A stretch of DNA of 64,000 nucleotides from Basidiobolus meristosporus CBS 931.73 (lineage: Eukaryota; Fungi; Basidiobolomycota), in contig MCFE01000141.1 of assembly GCA_002104905.1 (NCBI GenBank), positions 92,973-156,972 of the forward strand, in the 5' to 3' direction. Below the pieces are notes generated by a model, which saw only the letters and a list, made by a program, of their open reading frames with translations, was not told the DNA's origin and did not search any database. Positions 40,093 to 52,571 of the stretch are shown here, piece by piece. Position 1 is the stretch's first letter; every line of letters starts with the position of its first letter. Both the position numbers and the translations under genes were made by a program.

Positions 40093-43000
40093 AAAACCAC
40101 TTGTCACTGATATCGGTTTCAAGCTTGACCAACTGCTGTTTACTATGGATTATCACAAAACACTGTTGCGTTTGTTTACTGACCTGTACACTTTGTGACA
40201 TATATGATAAAGAGTTGAAAAGTTTCAAGGATCTGTTCATTAGTTTCTGCTTGTCTGTAGAGTGCCAACAATGGGGCTGAGCAATAACCAAGTCTTATGA
40301 CTGTATCTACACACTTGCACTAATCTGAAACTTTCCATCAAATCAAGACAATACTCCCGGAAATACAAGAGGACCAACGCACCATGTATCCTGAAATACC
40401 AGGTCCTTAAATTCATACGATATATTACTGAACCATGTCTAATGTCAACAGCACAAAGGGTGCCGACTTTTTATGGGTTGTTTGCACATTCGGTTAAGTA
40501 ATCGACAAGCAAACCACAGTAGTCTTGTTGGATTTCATCGGATAGGTCATCTCGATCTCGGCAGGACGTTGTGTTTCCTCGGTGCTCTTTGTCCTGGATA
40601 TACACCACCATCGAGCAAACAATCGACAAAGGGCCACGCGTGCTCAGTAAATTATTACTGGTAGACTTGAGTGCACCATCATATACTAGCGTCAAGCAAA
40701 ATCAATCGCCTTTTGCGCCACACTTGCAAGGTGTAGAAATGTCCGTCAATCCAGCATGGAGATGTACTTGCCCACCTCTCTGGAAAAATCCTCGGCTCCG
40801 GAGTCCTCCTACCACTAGTGGCCCACTGCTAGTAATCTACATAAATTATTATCATTCTACGGAACGACAGAAGCGGAGTCTGCGATCCATTTCGAACCGA
40901 CCACGGTATTTGGCTTTGCATTTTCTGTGGAGCATGCTCTGGGGAAGGCATCGATACCGATATGTAGGAAAGTGATTCCGGTGGCGAATGAAATTCAGGG
41001 AAACTTGGCAATTTCTAAAGCGCCCTTTCATCCAATGACAACCACGATCCGATCGTAAAAGGCAGTAATTTACCAGGTTGGGAATAGAAAGAAACGTAAA
41101 GAACGGTGCTCACTTGCGTCATTGGTGGTAGGGTGGTATGGCCGCGTAAAATATCAATTGCTCAAATAGTGATGATGCTCACATTTGATTTGTTTAGATC
41201 AGTGGTCATGGCTGAAATAACAAGTGATTTCGCACCTGGCACCAATGTCTGGGAGAGAATTCAATGGCCACAGATTCGCCTGGACAACAACGGAGTGCAT
41301 TAGAGTCCATTGGAGCGTGTCGACTACACATTAGTTGAAAATGACCCAAGTATTATCCAGCAATCTTGTGGCATAGAACATAATCCACGAGAATGGGCAA
41401 ATGGTCTAAACGGCCAGGATATGAAAGCTGCCCGGCAAAATAGGTCGTTGGAGGCAATCGCCACACCCCATTGTGACAGGAATGCGTCAAATTAGCAGTA
41501 GAATTTTGCTCTCGCAAGCCAGGGCCAGGGTACAGGGTGTCTGCGCAACATTCAAACCATCTCTACATTTCCACAATTCGGAATCCCATCAAAGGTTGCC
41601 CGATGAATTTCAACCCTACCAACGGATGCGCGAGGGGTAGCTAGGTGCTTAGCTAATAGTTTGCTACAACGCCCAACACTGTAAATCTTTCACTTGGGGT
41701 GGTGGATGCTCAAATCGATATTGATGAACCCTTTGGTGTCTTTATCGAGTTAAAGAACTATCTGCGAGTGGGTAACATATCAAGGAAATTCCAGAATCCA
41801 GAGAATATCCAACAATAATTTCCAAAGTTGAACGACTGATTGTGGCCCGTGAAATAGAAATTGGTTCATAGGGCCTGTCTAATACAGGTTCACAAAACGC
41901 TCGGTTGCCTGAATGCTGGCACGCTCCTGGATCCATCATCGCCGATTAAAAATGAAGGAATGGACCAGTGTGGCACTTCTTAAGCTTTCGGTGGTGTTGC
42001 TTGGGAGCACCCATGCTGACTGCACGCTATTCTTCGAGCCTCCCTCTCATTTCAACGTAGGTAGACCTTCTGTCAGCATACAGTAGTGTGTTGCATCGAC
42101 TAGAAGGCGATATCTGGAACACTGAATAGAAATCCAACGTATTGATGCAATGTAGCATTTTGTATTTTCGTTACCTGACTGGCTTAATGCAAAAATATGG
42201 TCTGGATTTTGACATGATAAGGCTGTCTATGGAATCCTCAGTTGCTCCTTCCAGATAGATTCTTGACATCAACGCAGGCAGTGCCCAGTTAACCTGATTA
42301 TCCCACTTATAGGTATACCGTACTGCTGATTATGGCAATCGGAAAATAATGGATCGTGCCATTGCGTATCTGGGAGCAGGTGCCACCTACTAATCATTAG
42401 GGCTCATTAATCCAGTATTTGGTTAATTGAGGTAGAATATAAAAAATCACCCAAATCAAATACGTATGATCCTTATCTAAATGGAGCCGGGTTCTTGTTA
42501 AACAGATGTGTCCGTGCACTGCTTAATTTAGAAGGTTTGTACTACCTACGATTACTTCGGAGATTTGCAAAATTTACTCCGGTTGATTCAATGCGATACC
42601 TTCCACTTATTCCGCGAATGAAGGTACCAGTAGATTTTCTAAAAAGAATGCACATCGTTAGCAAAGTACTATGTGATTGCAGTTGCTTCTGCCCGTTTCG
42701 TCTCTTACATCTGTAGTGAGTGAATTGGCATTGTTTGCAATAGGTACGTGCTTGGTTTTTCTTAACGCAACTACGTTGAAGTAGCAAACAAAGGCCCCAA
42801 ACCAGCTAGACTCCTGATAATATTTCTTGGCTAGTCCTGATTAGTTAGGCATCTGAAACATCTTCATTATGAAAAGTCCCTATAGGTCGCACTATTTGTT
42901 AGAATTAAATATTAATATAGATCGCCAAGTAAATTTCATCAAGCATCAATTGTCCGCCAGGCTACAGAAAGATTTCTAATCCCTGACAGGATAATCCTTC

Positions 43001-44018
43001 ACCTTTACAAATCAGCTGATCGAGGGATCTCCACCACTGGCTGTATCACTATATTACTATTTTGGCTACGCAAGTCTAGGTTCGCTTGGTGGCAATTTTG
43101 CTTGGTTGGATCAATGGCTTATGATCTCTCACCTTATGTTGAATCCTATGTTTCTGAATTATTCCGATGAGGCTAAAATAGTCAGCTTTGTGATCGGTGA
43201 TCGAAGTCACAAATTTTCTTAGAAAATCGAGCCTAACTATATAGCCACTATCCCTCCATCAGCTGATACGTGGCCTTAGCAGAGATGTCAAACACAATTT
43301 TGTTAAGATTCCAACCCGGTTGCAATTACTTTATCTCTTTCAGGTGCACCCGACTCACTATAGCGTATGCCAAACCCCAAACCCCTTGTTGCCGATTGCA
43401 GTATTAAAGAACTCGGCAAGTCAAGGTATGCGTTGAAAGCATCGACGAATGTATAAGAATATTTTCATAAAACTCGAATACATCCGCACATGGGCAGTGC
43501 CAAGCAGCCCCTACTATCACGCTTTCCCTCTGCTTTCGGCTAGAGTGTAATCCAAAGCTATAACCCTGTATAATTGGCTCCGGATCGAGCATAAAGTGTG
43601 TGCATTATTCTATTTCTGCCATGATCTTCAACATTAGGTTGGGGCTCGGTGTCGTTTTAAAACAATTAAAATATCCACTGAAATATCAGCGAAGAATGAC
43701 ATCTACGCTCGTATTCTTAATGAGTTTTTGCGCTACTTCTAGAGAAATATAGCAATATAAACTATTGTGGAGGCTCGATAATGTCACTTGATATGACTAT
43801 CGGTACAGTTACATGACAGTGCGATCATTCTCTCTGTGCCTAGAGCATATAGGGTTTAGCCTCTTCGAGATAAAATTGGATCGTAGATACTTGCCAATGG
43901 TAATATTGACGATCCTATTCCTCCAGAGATTAGTGCCACCGAAGCTTGAGATTCAAATTCTAGATGTTGTAAGTAGTATATAAGCACAGGTTTAGGATGG
44001 TGAGAAAAGCATAAACTG

Positions 44019-47000
44019 ATGATGCATTTTGTGCTCAAAATACTTGCCATTGCTGGTGTAGTTACCGCCTATACGATTACTGACAAATGCATTAACCAGT
44101 GTATTAGTACAGTTGGGGACGAATATGTTCCAGGATTCTCATTGGAGCAGGACAGTGATACGTTCAAAGAGAGTCAGTATTATTATTGCGATAAGAGCTT
44201 CCCCGATAACGCAAAGATCAACCAAGATATGACAGACTGTTTTTTGGCGAATTGCAATCCTATGGCAATGATGGATTTCATAATGTTGAAGCCATTAATC
44301 TGCGATATGATTGCAACCACTACAGAAGCACCGACTTCAACAAAAACAATCGAGACAACTGTGGCCACTACTACTACTGCAGTACCAACTACCAGTTCTA
44401 GAACAACGCAACCGCCGTTGACCACAGATGCCTCAACATCTACGGAGATGAGCCAGTCTTCACCTACCACAGACACTGCCGACACCTCGACATCACCATC
44501 GGCCGAGACCACAAACACCGCCTCCCCTACAGAATCAAGTGAGACGGCTACAACCCCTATGCCAACCACAGAAATTACGAACACTTCCACAACAGAGCCA
44601 ACAGAGACGGTTACTCCTAATGAATCTACCGATACTACAACCACTTCAGATCTACCTACTGACTCGGAAACCGTAACTCCGCCAACTACCCATACCACTG
44701 ATGCTCCTACCACAACAACAACTGACGCCACTGACACTCCCACACCCACAGAGTCAAGTGAGACGGTTACCACACCAGAACCAACCACTGAAACTACGGC
44801 CTCCCCCACAGCAACAGGACCAACAGAGACAGTTACTCCAACGGAATCTACTGACGCTACTACTACTTCAGGACCATCCACTGATTCTGAGACTGTCGCT
44901 CCACCAACTACCGGCACTACTGATGCTCCTACCACAACAACAACTGACACCACTGACACTCCCACACCCACAGAGTCAAGTGAGACAGTTACCACACCAG
45001 AACCAACCACTGAATCTACGGGCACGCCCACAACAACAGTCCCAACAGAGACAGTCACTCCTACGGAATCTACCGACACAACTACTACTTCAGAGTCATC
45101 CACGGATTCTGAAACTGTGACTCCACCAACTACCGATTCTACCAATGCTCCAACCACAACATCCACTGACACCACTGACACTACCACACCTACGGAGCCA
45201 AGCGAGACAGTTCCAACCCCCGTACCAACCACCGAAACCACGGCCACCCCCACAACAACAGAACCAACAGAGACAGTCACTCCTACGGAATCTACTGACA
45301 CAACTACTACTTCAGAGTCATTCACGGATTCTGAAACTGTAACTCCACCAACTACCCATTCTACCAATGCTCCAACCACAACATCCACTGACACTGTCAC
45401 ACCCACAGAGCCAAGTGAGACAGTTACCACCCCGGTGCCAACTACAGAAACCACGGACACCCACACAGCAACAGAACCAACAGAGACAGTCACTCCAACG
45501 GAATCTACTGACGCTACTACTACTTCAGGACCATCCACTGATTCTGAGACTGTGGCTCCACCAACTACCGGCACTACTGATGCTCCTACCACAACAACAA
45601 CTGACACCATTGACACTCCCACACCCACAGAGTCAAGTGAGACGGTTACCACACCAGAACCAACCACTGAAACTACGGCCTCCCCCACAGCAACAGGACC
45701 AACAGAGACAGTTACTCCTACGGAATCTACGGACACAACTACTGCTTCAGAGTCATCCACGAATTCTAAAACTGTGACTCCACCAACTACCGATTCTACC
45801 AATGCTCCAACCACAACATCCACTGACACCACTGACACTACCACACCCACAGGATCAAGCGAGACGGTTACCACCCCAGAGCCAACCACTGAAACCACGG
45901 CCACCCCCACAACAACAGAACCAACAGAGACCGTTACTCCTACAGAATCTACTGATGCTACTACTACTTCTGAATTGCCAACTGACTCGGAAACTGTAGC
46001 TCGACCCACTACAGATACTACTGTTGCTCCAACCACAACATCCACTGACACCACTGACACTACCACACCCGCAGGACCAAGCGAGACGGTTACCACCCCA
46101 GAGCCAACCACAGAAACCACGGCCACCCCCACAACAACAGTCCCAACAGAGACAGTTACTCCTACAGAATCTACTGACGCTATTACTACTTCTGAACTGC
46201 CAACTGATTCGGAAACTGTATCATCGCCAACTACCGATACTACTGATGCTCCAACCACAACATCCACTGACACCACTGCCACTGCCACACCCACGGAGCC
46301 AAGTGAGACGGTTACCACCCTAGAGCCAACCATAGAAACCACTGACACCCCCACAGCAACAGGACCAACAGAGACGGTTACTCCTACAGAATCTACTGAC
46401 GCTACTACTACTTCTGAACTGCCAACTGACTCGGAAACTGTATCATCGCCAACTGCCGATACTACTGATGCTCCAACCACAACCTCAATTGACACCACTG
46501 GCACTCCCATACCTACAGAGTCAAGTGAGACGGTTACAACCCCCGTACCAACCACAGAAACCACTGTCACCCTCACAACAACAGGGCCTACAGAGACAGT
46601 TACTCCTACGGAATCTACTGACGCTACTACTACTTCAGAACTACCCACTGACTCAGAAACTGTATCATCGCCAACTACCGATACTACTGATGCTTCAACC
46701 ACAACAACTGGTATCACTAACACCGTCACACCCACAGAGTCTAGTGAGACCTCTACAACCCCAGAACCATCCACCGAAACTACGGACACACCTACAACAA
46801 CAGAGCCAACAGAGACAGCTACTCCTACGGAATCTACTGACGCTACTACTACTTCAGAACTACCCACTGACTCAGAAACTGTAACTTCGCCGACCATCGA
46901 TACTACTGATGCTCCAACCACTACATCAACTGGCATCACTAACACCACCACACCCACAGAGTCTAGTGAGACGGTTACAATCCCAGAACCAACCACAGAA

Positions 47001-50000
47001 ACTACGGATTCCTCCACAGCAACGGAAACAACAGAGACTGTAACTTCTATGGAATCTACGGACACAACTACTGCTTCTGAACTACCAACTGACTCGGAAA
47101 CTGTAATACCGCCAACTACTGACTCTACTATTGCTCCAACCTTTACATCAACTGACACCACTGCTAGTGCCACAGTCACAGAGTCGAGTGAGACGGTTGC
47201 AACCCCTGTACCAACCACTGACACTACGGACACCCCCACAACAATAGAGCCGACAGAGACTGTTTCTTCTGCGGAATCTACTGACGCTTCTACTACTTCA
47301 GAACTACCTACCGATTCAGAAACTGTATCTCTACCAACTACTGATACTACTGATGCTCCAACCACAACAACTGGCACCACTAACACCGCCACACCCACAG
47401 AGTCTAGTGCGACGGTTACAACCCCAGAACCGACCATCGAAACTACGAACACACCCACAACAACTGAACCAACAGAGACAGTGACTTCTATGGAATCTAC
47501 GGACATAACTACCACTTCAGAGCCATCCACTGATTCAGAAACTGTAACTCCGCCAACTACTGACACCACTGTTGCTCCAACCTCTACATCAATTGACACC
47601 ACTAGCACTGCCACAGTCACAGAGTCAAGTGAGACGGCTACCACCCCAGAACCGAGCACAGAAACTACGGACTCCCCCACAGCAACAGAAACAACAGAGA
47701 CCATAACTCCTACCGAGTCTGGGGATGCCACTACCTCTTCGGAATCATTCATTGACTCAGAAACTGTAACCCCGCCAACTACCGATACTACTGATACTCC
47801 AACCACAACAATAAGTGGCACTGCGACGCCTACAGAGCCAAGTGAGACAGCAACAACCCCGGTACCGACTACAGAAACTACGGACACAACTACTGCTTCA
47901 GAATCATCCACCGGTACTACAACTACTTCAGATCTACCTACTGATTCGGAAACCGTAACTCCGCCGACTACCGATACCACTGATGCTCCAACCACCACAT
48001 CAGCCGACACCACTGACCCTGCTACACGTACAGATTCAAGTGAGACGTTTACCACCCCAGAACCGAGCACAGAAACCACGGACGCCCCCACAACAACAGA
48101 GCCAACAGAGACAGTTACTCCAACGGAATCTACGGACACAACTACTACTTCAGAATCATCCACTGATTTTGAAACTGTGACTCCACCAACTACCGCCACG
48201 CCTACCGAATCAAGTGAGACGGGTACAACCCCGGTACCAACCACCGAAACTACGGACACTCCCACACCAACAGAGACCATTACTCCTACGCAATCTACTG
48301 ACACAACTACTACTTCAGGACCATCCACTGATTCTGAGACTGTGGCTCCACCAACTACCGGCACTACTGATGCTCCAACCTCAACATCGGCAGAGACAAC
48401 GAACACTGCAACACCTACAGAGTCAAGTGAGACAGCAACCACGCCGGTACCGACTACAGAAACTACGGACACAACTACTGCTTCAGAATCATCCATTGGT
48501 ACTACAACTACTTCAGATCTACCTACTGATTCGGAAACCGTAACTCCGCCGACTACCGATACCACTGATGCTCCAACCACCACATCAGCTGACACCACTG
48601 ACCCTGCTACACGTACAGAGCCAAGTGAGACAGTCACCACCCCAGAACCAACTACAGAAACCACGGCCACCCCCACAGTAACAGAACCTACAGAGACAGT
48701 TACTCCAACAGAATCTACGGACACAACTACTAGTTCTGAACTACCAACTGACTCGGAAACTGTATCTCCGCCAACTACCGATAGTACTGATGCTCCAACC
48801 ACAACAACAACTGACGCCACTGATACTCCCACATCCACAGAGCCAAGTGAGACGGCTACCACCCCAGAACCAACCACTGTAACTACGGACACCCCCACAA
48901 CGACAGAACCAACAGAGACAGTTACTCCCACGAAATCCACTGACACAACCACTGCTTCAGAGTCATCCACTGATTTAGAAACTGCGACTCCGCCAACTAC
49001 CGATACCACTGATGCTCCTACCACAACAACAACTGACGTCACTGACACACCCACACCCACAGAGTCAAGTGAGACGGTTACCACCCCAGAACCAACCACA
49101 GAAACCACGGCCACCCCCACAGCAACAGAACCTACAGAGACAGTTACTCCTACGGAATCTACGGACACAACTACTAGTTCTGAACTACCAACTGACTCGA
49201 AAACTGTATCTCCGTCAACTACCGATACTACTGATGCTCCAACTACTACATCAACTGACACCACTGCTAGTGCCACAGTCACAGAGTCGAGTGAGACGGT
49301 TACAACCCCTGTACCAACCACTGACAATACGGACACCCCCACAACAATAGAGCCGACAGAGACTGTTAATTCCACGGAATCTACTGACGCTTCTACTACT
49401 TCAGAACTACCTACCGATTCAGAAACTGTATCTCTACCAACTACCGATACTACTGATGCTCCAACCACAACAACTGGCACCACTAACACCGCCACACCCA
49501 CAGAGTCTAGTGAGACGGTTACAACCCCAGAACCGACCATCGAAACTACGAACACACCCACAACAACTGAACCAACAGAGACAGTGACTTCTATGGAATC
49601 TACGGACATAACTACCACTTCAGAGCCATCCACTGATTCAGAAACTGTAACTCCGCCAACTACTGACACCACTGTTGCTCCAACCTTTACATCAACTGAC
49701 ACCACTGCTAGTGCCACAGTCACAGAGTCGAGTGAGACGGTTGCAACCCCTGTACCAACCACTGACACTACGGACACCCCCACAACAACTGAACCGACAG
49801 AGACTGTTTCTTCTGCGGAATCTACTGACGCTTCTACTACTTCAGAACTACCTACCGATTCAGAAACTGTATCTCTACCAACTACCGATACTACTGATGT
49901 TTCAACCACAATATCAACTGACACTGCCACACATACAGGGCCAAGTGAGATGGTCACCACCTCCTTACCAATTACTGAGCCTACGAGCACTTCCAAAGTA

Positions 50001-52571
50001 ACAGCAACTACAGGAACTGTTACTGCTACTGAATCTGTGGACACCACCACTTCTTCAGAACTATCTAGTGACTCTGAAACCGTAACGCCGTCAACTACTG
50101 GTTCGACTGGTGCTCCAACCACATCATCAACAGAGACTATGGTCACTGCCACATCTATGCAACCAAGCGAGACAGTTACCGCACCGGTTCCAACTACAGA
50201 AACTATCGACACTCCTACGACTACGGGCACAACAGAGACTGTCACTCCAACAGACTCTATGGACATCACCACTTCTTTGGAATCATCCACTGATTCAGAA
50301 ACTGTAATTCCGTCAACCACTGACACTATTGATAATCCATCCGCAACATCTACAGAAACAAGCGAAACGGTTACCACCCCGGCGCCAACCGCAGAAACTA
50401 CGGAAACTACCACATCACTGAAGCCAACTACTGATTCAGAGACCACTCTAACTCCGACAAAAACGGATACAGCAACCGAAACCACCGAGATCATCGCATC
50501 AACTGAATCGGCATCAACCACAGTGGACGAAACTACTCAATCTGCTCCTATCACAGTAACCTCGGCATCGACGGGAACCACACTGACTGAGTCAATGGAG
50601 ACTACTGCTACGTCGGTTACTACTACTGGCACTTCAATATCTACTGACACTTCAGGCACAGTCACGACTACTGAGTCCACAGAGATTATAACTACCGATA
50701 TCCCAATATCAACATCAACCGAGACTACAGACACTGCCACACAAACAGATCCAGCTGAGACGGTTCCAGTGCCAACCACAAATACTTCGGATCTATCTGC
50801 ATCGACGGAAACCACGGACACTACTACGCCTACCGAGCCAACGGAGACTACCGTCACATCAGTTCCAACTACCGCTTCAGAAACTGCCCACCCACCACCC
50901 ACAACAGACATTACAGACATTCCAACATCAACAACAGAGACTACAGACACGGCTACACCTATTGAATCTACAGAGACTACCATCAATTCAACATCAACAG
51001 CAACTGTGGACACAATCACACCTGTTGAATCTACCGAGACTACCACTTTACCTTGCACATCAAACACTACTGATAACCCGTCCTCCATAGAAACTGCTAA
51101 CACTAACACACCCACCGATACTGTGACAACCATTATCACGTCAGTGCCTTTACCTGACTCTGAAAGTACTCAAGCTCCATCTACCACAGACACTGCTGGG
51201 AACTCTGTATCGACGGAATGTACGGAGGTTGTGACACCTACAGAGCCAACAGAGGCTAATTCCACAGCATCGCCAACAGTTACTCAACCCCCGCCAAATA
51301 CAGACACTATGGGCACTTCAACATCAACTGAAACTAGAGATACAATGGCGTCCACCACTTCTAAAACTACTGTCACGACAGATAGTCCAGCATCCGAGTC
51401 AATGAATGCCACTACCCCACCAGCGCCAACTAGTAGTTCTGAACCTACTCAGCCTACAACAACAGTGGTTACAAGCGACACCAATACCTCAACAGAAACA
51501 GAGTCAACAGAGGCTACTCAGACTGCTGAAACCACCGGAACAGAAACAATTGGCACACCAGCATCATCTATTGATTCAACAGCTACTCAGTCTGCATCTA
51601 CTCCAGACACCACCAAGACAATAGAGTGCTCGACATATTCATCTGACTCTACTGTTACTGAAGAGAGTTCCAGAACCATAGGAACCGTAGAGAACAGCCA
51701 GACCCCTCAATGCTCCAAAACTACTGATACAGTGGCTACCACAGATATTTTTGAAACGTCGTGTACGACTGGGACTTTCGTAACTGTTTCCACGGACACT
51801 TCTTCGTTCTCGCAGAGTACAAAGACTGTACAATGTACCGATAATACCAAAACTAGTGAGACCTCCAAACACACACAAACCCCAGACTCCACATTCGTCA
51901 CGGTGTCCTCGCAGGCAACCAACCCGACCGGTACTACAGAATCAGCATCAAACACGCTCGAAGTTACCGGCTGCACATCCCAACCCACCGGTACGATGAT
52001 TGCCACATGTACCTTAAAGCCCACGATAACTGCTGATACTCAAAAGCCTTCGGATACGGCTACTATGAAGCCTACAATCACTACTATGACTTCATGTACA
52101 ACCAAGACTACTGCGATCACCGACGCTCAGACAACTGAGTTAACATCAACCGGATGTGTGGATCCTACCGACTCTCCCAAGACAACCGTGGAGTGTGAAA
52201 AGCCCACCACGACTTACAAGCCTTCCGACTCTTTCGCCACTGGGACTCGTACCCCTGCTGAGGGAGGGAAATGCACAGAGACTATTAGCACCACGATTAC
52301 CAGTGTATCTTGTGAAGGGTATAAGTCTACAACATGTAAGCGCCCAACAGCTACGATCACAGTCACATCCATCTTCACTGTAACCGTCACCACCGAGTCC
52401 CTCCCGGAATCCACCGAATCCTCATGTGAGCACGGAGCCTACAAATGTGTCAACTCTGGAGAGACCGGCGAATTCACAATATGCTCTCATGGCAAACTAT
52501 TCAAGCAGAACTGTGCTAGAGGTACAGTCTGCCGAGCATTCCAAGACTCGATCATCTGTGATTGGGCATAA
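44019..52571 (+). CDS. Giant secreted Thr/Ser-rich mucin-like cell-surface protein (2850 aa) with an N-terminal 6-Cys domain and a C-terminal CBM19-like chitin-binding module
   Basis: Single 8.5-kb ORF; hydrophobic signal MMHFVLKILAIAGVVTA; about 2000 aa of Thr-rich repeats; C-terminal CEHGAYKC..GEFTICSHGKLFKQNCARGTVC..ICDW resembles CBM family 19; no hydrophobic GPI tail. Confidence 0.9.
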   Translation: MMHFVLKILAIAGVVTAYTITDKCINQCISTVGDEYVPGFSLEQDSDTFKESQYYYCDKSFPDNAKINQDMTDCFLANCNPMAMMDFIMLKPLICDMIATTTEAPTSTKTIETTVATTTTAVPTTSSRTTQPPLTTDASTSTEMSQSSPTTDTADTSTSPSAETTNTASPTESSETATTPMPTTEITNTSTTEPTETVTPNESTDTTTTSDLPTDSETVTPPTTHTTDAPTTTTTDATDTPTPTESSETVTTPEPTTETTASPTATGPTETVTPTESTDATTTSGPSTDSETVAPPTTGTTDAPTTTTTDTTDTPTPTESSETVTTPEPTTESTGTPTTTVPTETVTPTESTDTTTTSESSTDSETVTPPTTDSTNAPTTTSTDTTDTTTPTEPSETVPTPVPTTETTATPTTTEPTETVTPTESTDTTTTSESFTDSETVTPPTTHSTNAPTTTSTDTVTPTEPSETVTTPVPTTETTDTHTATEPTETVTPTESTDATTTSGPSTDSETVAPPTTGTTDAPTTTTTDTIDTPTPTESSETVTTPEPTTETTASPTATGPTETVTPTESTDTTTASESSTNSKTVTPPTTDSTNAPTTTSTDTTDTTTPTGSSETVTTPEPTTETTATPTTTEPTETVTPTESTDATTTSELPTDSETVARPTTDTTVAPTTTSTDTTDTTTPAGPSETVTTPEPTTETTATPTTTVPTETVTPTESTDAITTSELPTDSETVSSPTTDTTDAPTTTSTDTTATATPTEPSETVTTLEPTIETTDTPTATGPTETVTPTESTDATTTSELPTDSETVSSPTADTTDAPTTTSIDTTGTPIPTESSETVTTPVPTTETTVTLTTTGPTETVTPTESTDATTTSELPTDSETVSSPTTDTTDASTTTTGITNTVTPTESSETSTTPEPSTETTDTPTTTEPTETATPTESTDATTTSELPTDSETVTSPTIDTTDAPTTTSTGITNTTTPTESSETVTIPEPTTETTDSSTATETTETVTSMESTDTTTASELPTDSETVIPPTTDSTIAPTFTSTDTTASATVTESSETVATPVPTTDTTDTPTTIEPTETVSSAESTDASTTSELPTDSETVSLPTTDTTDAPTTTTGTTNTATPTESSATVTTPEPTIETTNTPTTTEPTETVTSMESTDITTTSEPSTDSETVTPPTTDTTVAPTSTSIDTTSTATVTESSETATTPEPSTETTDSPTATETTETITPTESGDATTSSESFIDSETVTPPTTDTTDTPTTTISGTATPTEPSETATTPVPTTETTDTTTASESSTGTTTTSDLPTDSETVTPPTTDTTDAPTTTSADTTDPATRTDSSETFTTPEPSTETTDAPTTTEPTETVTPTESTDTTTTSESSTDFETVTPPTTATPTESSETGTTPVPTTETTDTPTPTETITPTQSTDTTTTSGPSTDSETVAPPTTGTTDAPTSTSAETTNTATPTESSETATTPVPTTETTDTTTASESSIGTTTTSDLPTDSETVTPPTTDTTDAPTTTSADTTDPATRTEPSETVTTPEPTTETTATPTVTEPTETVTPTESTDTTTSSELPTDSETVSPPTTDSTDAPTTTTTDATDTPTSTEPSETATTPEPTTVTTDTPTTTEPTETVTPTKSTDTTTASESSTDLETATPPTTDTTDAPTTTTTDVTDTPTPTESSETVTTPEPTTETTATPTATEPTETVTPTESTDTTTSSELPTDSKTVSPSTTDTTDAPTTTSTDTTASATVTESSETVTTPVPTTDNTDTPTTIEPTETVNSTESTDASTTSELPTDSETVSLPTTDTTDAPTTTTGTTNTATPTESSETVTTPEPTIETTNTPTTTEPTETVTSMESTDITTTSEPSTDSETVTPPTTDTTVAPTFTSTDTTASATVTESSETVATPVPTTDTTDTPTTTEPTETVSSAESTDASTTSELPTDSETVSLPTTDTTDVSTTISTDTATHTGPSEMVTTSLPITEPTSTSKVTATTGTVTATESVDTTTSSELSSDSETVTPSTTGSTGAPTTSSTETMVTATSMQPSETVTAPVPTTETIDTPTTTGTTETVTPTDSMDITTSLESSTDSETVIPSTTDTIDNPSATSTETSETVTTPAPTAETTETTTSLKPTTDSETTLTPTKTDTATETTEIIASTESASTTVDETTQSAPITVTSASTGTTLTESMETTATSVTTTGTSISTDTSGTVTTTESTEIITTDIPISTSTETTDTATQTDPAETVPVPTTNTSDLSASTETTDTTTPTEPTETTVTSVPTTASETAHPPPTTDITDIPTSTTETTDTATPIESTETTINSTSTATVDTITPVESTETTTLPCTSNTTDNPSSIETANTNTPTDTVTTIITSVPLPDSESTQAPSTTDTAGNSVSTECTEVVTPTEPTEANSTASPTVTQPPPNTDTMGTSTSTETRDTMASTTSKTTVTTDSPASESMNATTPPAPTSSSEPTQPTTTVVTSDTNTSTETESTEATQTAETTGTETIGTPASSIDSTATQSASTPDTTKTIECSTYSSDSTVTEESSRTIGTVENSQTPQCSKTTDTVATTDIFETSCTTGTFVTVSTDTSSFSQSTKTVQCTDNTKTSETSKHTQTPDSTFVTVSSQATNPTGTTESASNTLEVTGCTSQPTGTMIATCTLKPTITADTQKPSDTATMKPTITTMTSCTTKTTAITDAQTTELTSTGCVDPTDSPKTTVECEKPTTTYKPSDSFATGTRTPAEGGKCTETISTTITSVSCEGYKSTTCKRPTATITVTSIFTVTVTTESLPESTESSCEHGAYKCVNSGETGEFTICSHGKLFKQNCARGTVCRAFQDSIICDWA
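44500..50400 (+). repeat. Intragenic tandem repeats with a basic unit of 222 bp (74 aa), plus shortened variants and higher-order duplications
   Basis: atgctcctaccacaac at 44701 and 44923; gagtcaagtgagac at 44751 and 44973; near-identical blocks at 47148-47583 and 49251-49686. Confidence 0.9.

Noticed and set aside
44183-50521. 2112-aa antisense Val-rich ORF, and the many short Gln/Leu/Pro ORFs in other frames of the mucin
   Set aside because: These are shadows of the ACN/GAN/CCN-rich repeat: antisense codons become GTN/GGN/TCN and rarely form stops. There is no independent start context or domain.
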